The translations under genes and the position numbers were made by a program. The notes below the pieces were generated by a model, which worked only from the letters and a program-made list of their open reading frames with translations, ran no database searches and was not told the origin of the DNA. Of a DNA stretch of 54,375 bases, positions 17,652 to 25,638 are shown one piece after another. The DNA is taken from sequence record DRR723986_6726. One strand, given 5' to 3'. Positions within the stretch are counted from its first letter, which is position 1, and each line of letters opens with the position of its first letter.

Positions 17652-20324
17652 ATGGGTAAATCTCTGGTAATCGTGGAGTCGCCGGCCAAAGCTAAGACGA
17701 TCAACAAATATCTGGGGTCAGATTTTGTTGTTAAGTCCAGTGTGGGCCATATCCGGGACCTACCCACTAGCGGCAGCAGCAAGGCCGGGGCAGATCCGAA
17801 GGAACGCGCCAAGGCCGCCGCGCTAACGCGCAAGATGTCGCCGGAAGAGAAAGCGCGCCACAAAAAGAAAAAGGCGCGTGAGCAGTTGGTGGCGAGAATG
17901 GGTGTTGACCCGGAGAAAGGCTGGAAGGCGCGCTATGAAATACTGCCCGGCAAAGAAAAAGTCGTCAGCGACCTGAAAAAGCTGGCCGCCGATGCTGACA
18001 CCATCTATCTCGCGACCGACCTTGACCGCGAAGGGGAGGCGATAGCCTGGCATTTGCGCGAGGCGATTGGTGGCGACGACTCGCGCTACAAGCGCGTCGT
18101 TTTCAACGAGATTACCAAAAAGGCGATTCAAGAAGCCTTTTCCGCTCCCACCGAGCTCGATATCAACAGGGTTAATGCCCAGCAGGCGCGTCGCTTTCTC
18201 GATCGCGTTGTTGGCTATATGGTTTCGCCACTGTTGTGGGCAAAGATTGCACGAGGCTTGAGTGCAGGCCGAGTACAATCGGTGGCCGTGCGCCTGATTG
18301 TCGAGCGCGAGAAGGAAATCCGCGCTTTCGTGCCAGAGGAATACTGGCAAATCCATACGAACAATCGCGCTGCGGCAGGGCCGCTGCGTCTGGAAGTCAA
18401 AAAGCAGGGGGCGAACAACTTCCGGCCCAATAACAAAGAGTCAGCGATGGCGGCGGTGACCGCACTTGAAGCCGCAAGCTTTGAAGTAGCTGGCCGTGAA
18501 GACAAGCCGACGCGGAGCAAGCCTGGCGCGCCTTTTATTACGTCTACGCTGCAACAAGCGGCGAGTACGCGCTTGGGGTTTGGCGTTAAGAAAACCATGA
18601 TGCTGGCGCAGCGCCTCTACGAGGCGGGTTATATCACCTATATGCGTACTGACTCGACCAATTTGAGTAATGACGCTGTGGAGGCCTGCCGAGGGTACAT
18701 TGAGCAGCATTTTTCTGCGCGTTACCTGCCTGAGCAGCCCCAACGCTACTCAAGCAAAGACGGTGCTCAGGAGGCTCACGAGGCGATTCGCCCCTCCGAC
18801 GTCAATGTCGAGCCGACCCAATTGTCCGGCATGGAGCGAGATGCGGAGCGTCTTTACACCTTGATCTGGCGGCAGTTTGTTGCCTGCCAAATGGTGCCTG
18901 CTGAGTTCACCAGCACGTCTATCACGGTCAAAGCGGGGGAGTTTGAGCTGCGTACCCGCGGGCGTGTGATGCGCTTTGATGGGTTTATGAAGGTTCAGCC
19001 GCCGGCTGCGAGCAAAAAAGACGACGATCAGGAACTGCCCGATGTAAAAGTCGGAGATCATCTTGAGTTGCTTGAGGTTGATCCCAGCCAACACTTTACC
19101 AAGCCTGCGCCGCGTTACAGCGAGGCAGCGTTGGTAAAAGAGCTTGAAAAGCGCGGCATCGGCAGGCCATCGACCTATGCGTCCATTATTTCGACGATCC
19201 AGGACCGCGGTTACGTAAAAGTTGAAAATAGACGCTTCTACGCCGAAAAAATGGGCGATATTGTCACCGATCGTCTAGTCGAGAGTTTCAGCAATCTTCT
19301 CGACTACAGCTTCACCGCGCGGATGGAAGAGTCCTTAGATAGCGTTGCTTCTGGCGACAAAAACTGGACGGCGCTGCTGGATGAATTTTACAGTAATTTT
19401 AGGGCGACCCTCGAAAAAGCGGAGGGCAGTGACGATGGGATGCGCAGCAACCAACCCACCGAAACGGATATTCCCTGTCCGAAGTGCGGGCGTAATATGC
19501 AAATCCGCACGGCCAGCACCGGTGTCTTTTTAGGGTGCTCGGGTTATGCCTTGCCGCCCAAAGAGCGTTGTAAGCAAACCATCAACCTGGTTCCCGGTGA
19601 GGAATTTATTAGTATTGATGCGGAAGACGAAGAGGCAGAGTCTCGGGTCTTGCGTAGTATGCACCGTTGCAAGCTGTGCAACACGGCAATGGAGAGTTAC
19701 CTGATCGACGAAAGTCGCAAATTGCATATTTGTGGCAACAACCCCGATTGCAGCGGCTATGAGATTGAGCAGGGCGCCTTTAAGGTTAAAGGCTATGACG
19801 GCCCAATTATCGAATGTGATAAGTGTGGTGCCGACATGCAGCTGAAAACGGGGCGCTTCGGCAAGTATTTCGGTTGCACGAGCGAGAGCTGCAAAAACAC
19901 ACGCAAATTACTGCGTAACGGTGAAGCGGCACCGCCGAAAATGGACCCGGTTCCTATGCCGGAGTTGCAGTGTGAAAAAGTCGATGACCACTACGTACTC
20001 CGCGACGGTGCCTCCGGACTGTTCCTGGCTGCCAGTGGCTTCCCCAAAAACCGTGAAACCCGGGCACCCAAGGTGAAAGAGATTCTGCCTCACCAGGCAG
20101 AGATCGATCCTAAATACGCTTTCTTGTTTTCTGCGCCAGCGCAAGACAACGAGGGGCGAGATACTGTTATTCGCTACAGCCGTAAGACCAAGGAGCAGTA
20201 CGTGCAGTCTGAGGTTGACGGCAAACCCAGTGGTTGGTCCGCCTTTTATGAAGGCGGTAAATGGGTGGCGCATGTAAAGCAGAAAAAAGCGGCTAAAAAA
20301 TCGCCAGTGAAGAAAGCGAAGTAG
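17652..20324 (+). CDS. topA: DNA topoisomerase I
   Basis: [45 protein letters not shown] (catalytic Tyr), C-terminal zinc ribbons. Confidence 0.98.
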   Translation: MGKSLVIVESPAKAKTINKYLGSDFVVKSSVGHIRDLPTSGSSKAGADPKERAKAAALTRKMSPEEKARHKKKKAREQLVARMGVDPEKGWKARYEILPGKEKVVSDLKKLAADADTIYLATDLDREGEAIAWHLREAIGGDDSRYKRVVFNEITKKAIQEAFSAPTELDINRVNAQQARRFLDRVVGYMVSPLLWAKIARGLSAGRVQSVAVRLIVEREKEIRAFVPEEYWQIHTNNRAAAGPLRLEVKKQGANNFRPNNKESAMAAVTALEAASFEVAGREDKPTRSKPGAPFITSTLQQAASTRLGFGVKKTMMLAQRLYEAGYITYMRTDSTNLSNDAVEACRGYIEQHFSARYLPEQPQRYSSKDGAQEAHEAIRPSDVNVEPTQLSGMERDAERLYTLIWRQFVACQMVPAEFTSTSITVKAGEFELRTRGRVMRFDGFMKVQPPAASKKDDDQELPDVKVGDHLELLEVDPSQHFTKPAPRYSEAALVKELEKRGIGRPSTYASIISTIQDRGYVKVENRRFYAEKMGDIVTDRLVESFSNLLDYSFTARMEESLDSVASGDKNWTALLDEFYSNFRATLEKAEGSDDGMRSNQPTETDIPCPKCGRNMQIRTASTGVFLGCSGYALPPKERCKQTINLVPGEEFISIDAEDEEAESRVLRSMHRCKLCNTAMESYLIDESRKLHICGNNPDCSGYEIEQGAFKVKGYDGPIIECDKCGADMQLKTGRFGKYFGCTSESCKNTRKLLRNGEAAPPKMDPVPMPELQCEKVDDHYVLRDGASGLFLAASGFPKNRETRAPKVKEILPHQAEIDPKYAFLFSAPAQDNEGRDTVIRYSRKTKEQYVQSEVDGKPSGWSAFYEGGKWVAHVKQKKAAKKSPVKKAK

Positions 20325-20329
20325 GGCGT

Positions 20330-20809
20330 ATGTCAGAGAGTTACCGGGGGCAGTGCAACCTCCATTTACACTTCGCTAAGCAGTATCTCGCTGACAGTGA
20401 AGGGGACGCCGAGCCACAGTGGAGCGGGCATTATCAGCGAGCTTGTGTTGAGTCTGCGTTGTGGCAGCTACGGCTGGCCTACGAGTGCCATTTGGCCGAC
20501 TTACTCATCCAGCAACCGCTATACAGCCAGACTCTACCCACTGGGCGTATGAATGCTCAAGTATTGACGAAGGCCGCGCACCCTCCGGAAATTGCAGAGT
20601 TGGCTGATCGCGAAATACACGATGATCAGTTGAAGTGGATGCTGGACTACCGTTTTGTGCGCCAGCCCGGTGATGCAAAACAGTACAATCCGTCGCTGCT
20701 AAGCACCGTTACGGTTTCTGATCAGGACGATATTGAGCTTGCTAAGGGCTGCTTGCAGTTCCTCAGCGAGTTGATCGCGAGACACCGAAGCACACTCCTG
20801 GAGTATTGA
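20330..20809 (+). CDS. Conserved hypothetical protein downstream of topA (DUF6586-like)
   Basis: 159-aa ORF 5 nt after topA; ESALWQLRLAY, PPEIAELA and terminal EY resemble the family I recall at this position in pseudomonads. Confidence 0.7.
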   Translation: MSESYRGQCNLHLHFAKQYLADSEGDAEPQWSGHYQRACVESALWQLRLAYECHLADLLIQQPLYSQTLPTGRMNAQVLTKAAHPPEIAELADREIHDDQLKWMLDYRFVRQPGDAKQYNPSLLSTVTVSDQDDIELAKGCLQFLSELIARHRSTLLEY

Positions 20810-20905
20810 TAGGTCGGTCTACTGACAGATTGGCCTACTGGTCGCTGGGTTTGTTACACTTAGCAAACGCGTCAACGCGTGGTGATAACAAACAAGGGAA
20901 ACTCT

Positions 20906-21175
20906 GTGCTGGCTTATTTAGAATTGGTTGAATTGGCAAATGGCGATATCGTGCTTCAGCGTTCCGAAGGCGACGAAAAGCCATTGGTGATGATCCGGTT
21001 CTCAAGTGAGGCCAGAGAGCAAATTCCAGGCTCATGTTTAGAGATCGCCCGTGCAATGGTGCAGGCTGGACTAGAAGCTGCGCAGGTTGTGAGCGAAGAG
21101 CTTAGTGACGACGCCGCTGAAGCACAAGACGACGATCAGGACGATATTCACCCCCCTTCCAAGACCCTCCACTAG
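20906..21175 (+). CDS. Small acidic conserved hypothetical protein
   Basis: AAGGGA RBS before GTG 20906; YLELVELANGDIVLQRSE...PLVMIRFS...EIARAMVQAG; acidic tail ending in TLH. Confidence 0.75.
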   Translation: MLAYLELVELANGDIVLQRSEGDEKPLVMIRFSSEAREQIPGSCLEIARAMVQAGLEAAQVVSEELSDDAAEAQDDDQDDIHPPSKTLH

Positions 21176-21232
21176 GGCATAGAGCACCTCTTCACCCCTT
21201 ATGCATTGTGGCTGCTGGGTCCCTCTTGGCTG

Positions 21233-21646
21233 TTAATTTTGAAGCTGTATCACCAGGCACTCGGCGTCGCCAGCCAGCGCAGCTCGCTCTAGGGCGCAGC
21301 GTTGTTCTGTGCTGAGGGGAGTGTTCGTCAAAACCGCCACGGTGTGACTTTTCCCGCGCTCCAGCGCTCGTGCGGCAATATTGCAGAGGCTGCCGCCGTT
21401 CGCCACAACCTGTAATATTCGCTGGCCGCGATCTTTGCCACAGGCATCGAGTAATGGTTTGAGAGGTCTGTCTGCAACCCAGCACAACCAACGCTCTTCA
21501 GTTTGTCCGCTCAGCTGCATTAGCATGGCGGCCAGCAGCGTGCGTGACAGGTGCGCCTGGCTGCTCAATACGATATCGGTAATGCGCGTAGCAGTGTTGT
21601 GCTGCTGAGCGTTTGAGAACAATGATGTTTGCTCGATCAGTGCCAT
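21233..21646 (-). CDS. sulA: SOS cell-division inhibitor SulA-like protein
   Basis: Starts 2 nt after the lexA stop. LLAAMLMQLS...RWLCWV, RALERGKSHTVAV and LERAALAG resemble pseudomonad SulA. Confidence 0.78.
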   Translation of the reverse strand: MALIEQTSLFSNAQQHNTATRITDIVLSSQAHLSRTLLAAMLMQLSGQTEERWLCWVADRPLKPLLDACGKDRGQRILQVVANGGSLCNIAARALERGKSHTVAVLTNTPLSTEQRCALERAALAGDAECLVIQLQN

Positions 21647-21648
21647 GC

Positions 21649-22251
21649 TTAACTCCCGCGTCTCAGTACACCCACACTCAAGCCTTCAATGGCGAAGTCC
21701 TGTTCTCGCAGGTCAACTTCAATGGGGGCGTAGTCGGGGTTTTCGGCGATTAATAGCAATTGGTGTTTGTTCTTTTGGTGTTGCAAGCGTTTTACAGTGA
21801 CCTCGTCACCAATTCGCGCGACGATGATTTGTCCGTTCTGAGCCACCTGGCAGCGGTGTACAGCCAATAGATCATCTTCAAATATTCCGGCATTGATCAT
21901 GCTGTCGCCGCGCACGCGAAGGAAGTAGTCGGCCGAGGGAGAAAACAGGTTTGGCGAAATCGCGCAATGGTCTTCAATGTGCTCCTGAGCCAGGATGGGG
22001 CTACCCGCTGCAACCTGGCCAACAATGGGAATGCCGAGGTCTTCGGGAAGGCGAATACCTCTTGAGGCGCCGGGTATAATTTCGATCGCGCCTTTTCTGG
22101 CCAGAGCCTTGAGGTGCTCTTCGGCAGCGTTAGGTGAGCGAAACCCGAGTTCTCTGGCAATGTCTGCACGGGTCGGTGGGTAGCCGGTATCGTCGATATG
22201 GCTCTTTATCAGCTCGAGTACTTGCGCTTGTCTGGCGGTTAATTTTTCCAT
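21649..22251 (-). CDS. lexA: SOS repressor LexA
   Basis: [28 protein letters not shown] wHTH, VAAG cleavage site, GDSM (catalytic Ser), VTVKR (catalytic Lys). Confidence 0.98.
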   Translation of the reverse strand: MEKLTARQAQVLELIKSHIDDTGYPPTRADIARELGFRSPNAAEEHLKALARKGAIEIIPGASRGIRLPEDLGIPIVGQVAAGSPILAQEHIEDHCAISPNLFSPSADYFLRVRGDSMINAGIFEDDLLAVHRCQVAQNGQIIVARIGDEVTVKRLQHQKNKHQLLLIAENPDYAPIEVDLREQDFAIEGLSVGVLRRGS

Positions 22252-22261
22252 GTTCTGGCAT

Positions 22262-22296
22262 CTGTTTATCTATACAGTAACTGTGAGTATATACAG
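22262..22296. promoter_or_regulatory. Two tandem LexA (SOS) boxes
   Basis: CTGT-TTATCTAT-ACAG (22262-22277) and CTGT-GAGTATAT-ACAG (22281-22296), both exact CTGT-N8-ACAG. Confidence 0.95.
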
Positions 22297-22313
22297 TATT
22301 TTGTTCTGTGCAA
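22286..22313 (-). promoter_or_regulatory. Sigma70 promoter of lexA-sulA
   Basis: Minus strand TTGCAC-N16-TATACT; the -10 lies inside the distal SOS box. Confidence 0.75.
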
Positions 22314-22359
22314 GCCGCGATCGGTAATTTTGATGTTGGCTGAAAGTGGGAGGGTAGAT

Positions 22360-22385
22360 AAAAAGAAGCCCACCCGAAGGCAGGC
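22360..22385 (-). terminator. Rho-independent terminator after the DUF6763-like gene
   Basis: Minus strand GCCTGCC-TTCG-GGTGGGC (cUUCGg tetraloop) followed by TTCTTTTT. Confidence 0.85.
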
Positions 22386-22421
22386 AGGAGGGGGAGCGCG
22401 GAAAATTCAGTGTTTCAGTGG

Positions 22422-22742
22422 CTAGAATTCATCGAGGATGCCGTTGACAACATCGCTCTCGATTTCGTGTAGCGGGTTGCCGATCTGCTCCGGCATGATG
22501 CCATCATCCCAATGGCGGTAGTCGTCATCGCTGAGCTCGAACGCATTTCGCCAGTCCTCTGGCTCTTCAATACCGGTGAGCTTTAGCTGCCTCCAACTGT
22601 CCAAATCGTACTCGCAGATTTCTCCGTCAATTAATTGCACTTCTATTGTGTCCAGGCCTTCATCTGTAGCCACAACTTCGAACTGCTGACCGGTTTCCAG
22701 GTCTTTGTACCAGCAGCCTATCAACGCATTTAATGATGCCAT
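22422..22742 (-). CDS. Small acidic conserved protein (DUF6763-like)
   Basis: AGGAGGTG RBS before ATG 22742; GCWY...FEVVA.DE...IEVQ..DGE...W...EEPEDW pattern. Confidence 0.78.
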   Translation of the reverse strand: MASLNALIGCWYKDLETGQQFEVVATDEGLDTIEVQLIDGEICEYDLDSWRQLKLTGIEEPEDWRNAFELSDDDYRHWDDGIMPEQIGNPLHEIESDVVNGILDEF

Positions 22743-22993
22743 AGCGTTCACCTCCTAAAGTACGTATCTCCAAGCTATCATGTCCCATCGGGCTGTCCAG
22801 TAGGGATTTATCCGAGAGCCCGGGTGTGGCTTTGTGTCGTTGTTATGGGCTTCAAGTTTAAATCTTCGCACTTTCAGTAAGATGCCCGGCTAAGTTAAAC
22901 TGATTTTCTTTTTTTTACCCCGTTTTTTAGCACGCTAATGAATAAGTGGCTCGGGGTTAACAAGCAATCTGTATAAGTAGAGGGCAGCGTTTG

Positions 22994-24121
22994 ATGTCGA
23001 TGGATTGGATTAAAGGTATAGAGTTTTCTAGCTACCCTTGGCTCACGGAAGTGTTCATCGTTGTTCTTATTGTTCTGACGGCGAACTTACTGGCAGGCCG
23101 CTTGCTGAATGTTCTGGGCGAGCGTTTTAAACGCACGCATAACCTGTGGGATGACGCCGTTTTGCTCGCTGCGCGTCGTCCGCTGGTATTGTTGATATGG
23201 GTGGTCGGCGCCAGTCACGTATTAGAGATTATCGCCGGTAGCACTGACGCCGACATTTTTACCGCGCTGCAACCGTTCAGAGCCGTTGCGGTGATGGCGA
23301 TTTTGGGTTGGTTTCTCGTGAAGCTGGTTCACGAAATCGAAGCGGGCCTGCTCTCCAGAGAATACAGCGATAGCGACGAGCCGATCGACCAAACAACGGT
23401 GATGGCGCTGGGCAAACTGGTGCGAAGCGCGGTCATCATTGTTGTGGTGTTGATGATTCTTCAGAACCTTGGCTACAGCATTTCTGGTGTACTGGCCTTC
23501 GGCGGCATTGGCGGGATAGCGGTAGGCTTTGCCGCAAAGGATTTGTTGGCGAATTTTTTTGGTGGCCTGATGGTGTATTTAGACCGTCCATTCTCTGTGG
23601 GCGACTGGGTGCGCTCCCCAGATAAAGAGATAGAGGGCACGGTAGAAAATATTGGTTGGCGGCAGACCCGAATTCGCACCTTTGACCAGCGCCCACTGTA
23701 TGTGCCCAATGCCACGTTTACGCAGATCGCCGTCGAGAACCCATCGCGCATGCTGAACCGGCGTATCTATGAAACGGTGGGCGTAAGGTATGAAGATGCG
23801 AGCAAGTTACCCGGCATTATCAGCGGCGTAAAAACCATGCTGGAAGCGCACCCCGAGATTGATCTCAGAAAAACGCTGATTGTGAACTTCAATAAGTTCA
23901 ACGCGTCGTCCTTGGATTTCTTTATTTATACCTTCACCAAGACAACCCAGTGGGTGAAGTACCACGAAATTAAGCAAGATGTTTTGTTAAAGGTCTTAGA
24001 GATTGTCCACGAGCATGGTGCTGATGTGGCGTTCCCCACCACCACGGTGAAAATGGACCCCTTACAGATCGAAAATGCTGCTCGCCAAAGCGGAGCGGCC
24101 GGAGACGAAAAAAATGCGTAG
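22994..24121 (+). CDS. MscS-family mechanosensitive channel (YnaI-like)
   Basis: GGIGGIAVGFAAKDLLANFFGG, DRPFSVGDWV, EGTVENIGWRQT, VAFPT; several N-terminal TM helices. Confidence 0.93.
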   Translation: MSMDWIKGIEFSSYPWLTEVFIVVLIVLTANLLAGRLLNVLGERFKRTHNLWDDAVLLAARRPLVLLIWVVGASHVLEIIAGSTDADIFTALQPFRAVAVMAILGWFLVKLVHEIEAGLLSREYSDSDEPIDQTTVMALGKLVRSAVIIVVVLMILQNLGYSISGVLAFGGIGGIAVGFAAKDLLANFFGGLMVYLDRPFSVGDWVRSPDKEIEGTVENIGWRQTRIRTFDQRPLYVPNATFTQIAVENPSRMLNRRIYETVGVRYEDASKLPGIISGVKTMLEAHPEIDLRKTLIVNFNKFNASSLDFFIYTFTKTTQWVKYHEIKQDVLLKVLEIVHEHGADVAFPTTTVKMDPLQIENAARQSGAAGDEKNA

Positions 24122-24860
24122 ACCCATTGCAGTTATCGGCGGTACAGGGCTGTGTGATTGGCCGGGAGCTCACATGTTGAGCAGTGAAACGGTGTCAACG
24201 CCCTACGGTGAGCCCAGTGCACCGGTTCAGCATATGGAGTATCAGGGGGCGGAGTTTCTGTTTTTGCCCCGGCACGGTGTGGGGCATTCGCTGCCGCCAC
24301 ATGCTATTAACTACCGCGCGAACATTCACGCCTTGAAGGCTGTTGGCGCAGGGGAAGTGATCGCAGTGAATGCGGTAGGGGGAATCAGTGAGCGCTTTGT
24401 TGCCGGTGTTATCGCATTGCCTGAGCAAATCAATGACTACACCTGGGGACGCGAACATACCTTCTACGATGGTCGTGATGGCAAAGTTGAGCATGTGGAC
24501 TTCAGTTACCCCTACTGTGAAGAGCTGCGGCTACGATTATGCGCCGCTGCCCAAGAGGCGGATATTGATATTGAGCCCTACGGCACCTACGCGGTAACTC
24601 AGGGACCGCGTTTGGAGACGGCTGCAGAGATACGCCGCTTGGCGCGCGATGGCAACGATATGGTGGGTATGACCGCAATGCCGGAAGCGGCACTCGCTCG
24701 GGAGGCCGGTCTGGATTACGCCTCCGTGTGCCTGGTGGTGAATCCAGGTGCCGGCCTGAGCGATACGCTCATTACGATGGAAGATATTCAGGCCGTTATT
24801 GATACCGGAATGTTGCAGGTAAAGTCGTTACTCTCCCACGCTATCGCCAGCCACGGGTAA
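24114..24860 (+). CDS. mtnP: S-methyl-5'-thioinosine phosphorylase (MTAP/PNP family)
   Basis: AVIGGTG, TPYGEPS, LPRHG..HSLPPHAINYRANI, TQGPRLETAAE, VGMT..PEAALARE, CLVVNP. Confidence 0.9.
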   Translation: MRRPIAVIGGTGLCDWPGAHMLSSETVSTPYGEPSAPVQHMEYQGAEFLFLPRHGVGHSLPPHAINYRANIHALKAVGAGEVIAVNAVGGISERFVAGVIALPEQINDYTWGREHTFYDGRDGKVEHVDFSYPYCEELRLRLCAAAQEADIDIEPYGTYAVTQGPRLETAAEIRRLARDGNDMVGMTAMPEAALAREAGLDYASVCLVVNPGAGLSDTLITMEDIQAVIDTGMLQVKSLLSHAIASHG

Positions 24861-25601
24861 TTCCTGAGGCTTGCTGATCATAACCAGTAAGCCAAACAAG
24901 GGGTGGTCGATGTAGTGTAGCTCTTCGCTGCGCATGCGGCGCTCCTGCTTCATTACCACGATGCGCTCTACCGGCTCCGCCCCGGCAGGGATTGCGGGCT
25001 CAGCATCTGCCAGCTGGGGATTCTGTTTTAAAAATTCGGCGTACTCTGGACTATTTTCAAACGCCTCATCGACAAAGCCGTCCTCGTTTTCCGGTGCGGG
25101 TCGGTAGGGATGGCGGGGCAAGTAGTAATTACCGCCGCGTTCACCGAACTGAGAAAGCCAAAGCATGGGTTGCGCATATAGGTAGCGCTCCAAGGCAATG
25201 CGAATATAGCCCTCAAGCTCGAAGTGCTCGCCGACTTCCCGCCCGCCGCGAATGAGGATAGCTGGTGCTTTGCTGCGTGGTTGCAGGTCTTGAATCCAAC
25301 TTTGCTGAGTAAGAATACGGTAGCGCGATGACAGCTGCAGAGAGCGTAGGGCTTTGGCGAATTGTGGGTGGTGCTGCTCTGTGCGTTGCAAGTGCCCGCG
25401 GCCTGTGTCTTTCAGGCTTTGCCAATCTCGCGGGTAACGCAGGTGCAGATTGTCTGGCCATGCCTCGGCATTGTTCGCTGCTGGATCGGTATTGGCGTAG
25501 ACCACAATATCGATTTGGTAACGGTTGTCGGGCTCAGCGTGCAGTGGCGCGGCAATTGCGACAGCAAGTAAAAATAGCGTAGCGAGTTGAAAGCGGGGCA
25601 T
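24828..25601 (-). CDS. csiV: CsiV-family periplasmic protein
   Basis: Signal peptide, YQIDIVVY, LEGYIRIALERYL, QERRMRSEELHYIDHPLFGLLV; directly downstream of mfd. Confidence 0.85.
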   Translation of the reverse strand: MPRFQLATLFLLAVAIAAPLHAEPDNRYQIDIVVYANTDPAANNAEAWPDNLHLRYPRDWQSLKDTGRGHLQRTEQHHPQFAKALRSLQLSSRYRILTQQSWIQDLQPRSKAPAILIRGGREVGEHFELEGYIRIALERYLYAQPMLWLSQFGERGGNYYLPRHPYRPAPENEDGFVDEAFENSPEYAEFLKQNPQLADAEPAIPAGAEPVERIVVMKQERRMRSEELHYIDHPLFGLLVMISKPQELPVAGDSVGE

Positions 25602-25638
25602 ATCCTGGTCTCTTGTTGTTAAGCGCCGTCATCGACGT

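Noticed and set aside
22970..22986. CTGTAT-like sequences before mscS and exbB as LexA boxes
   Set aside because: No ACAG at the N8 spacing.
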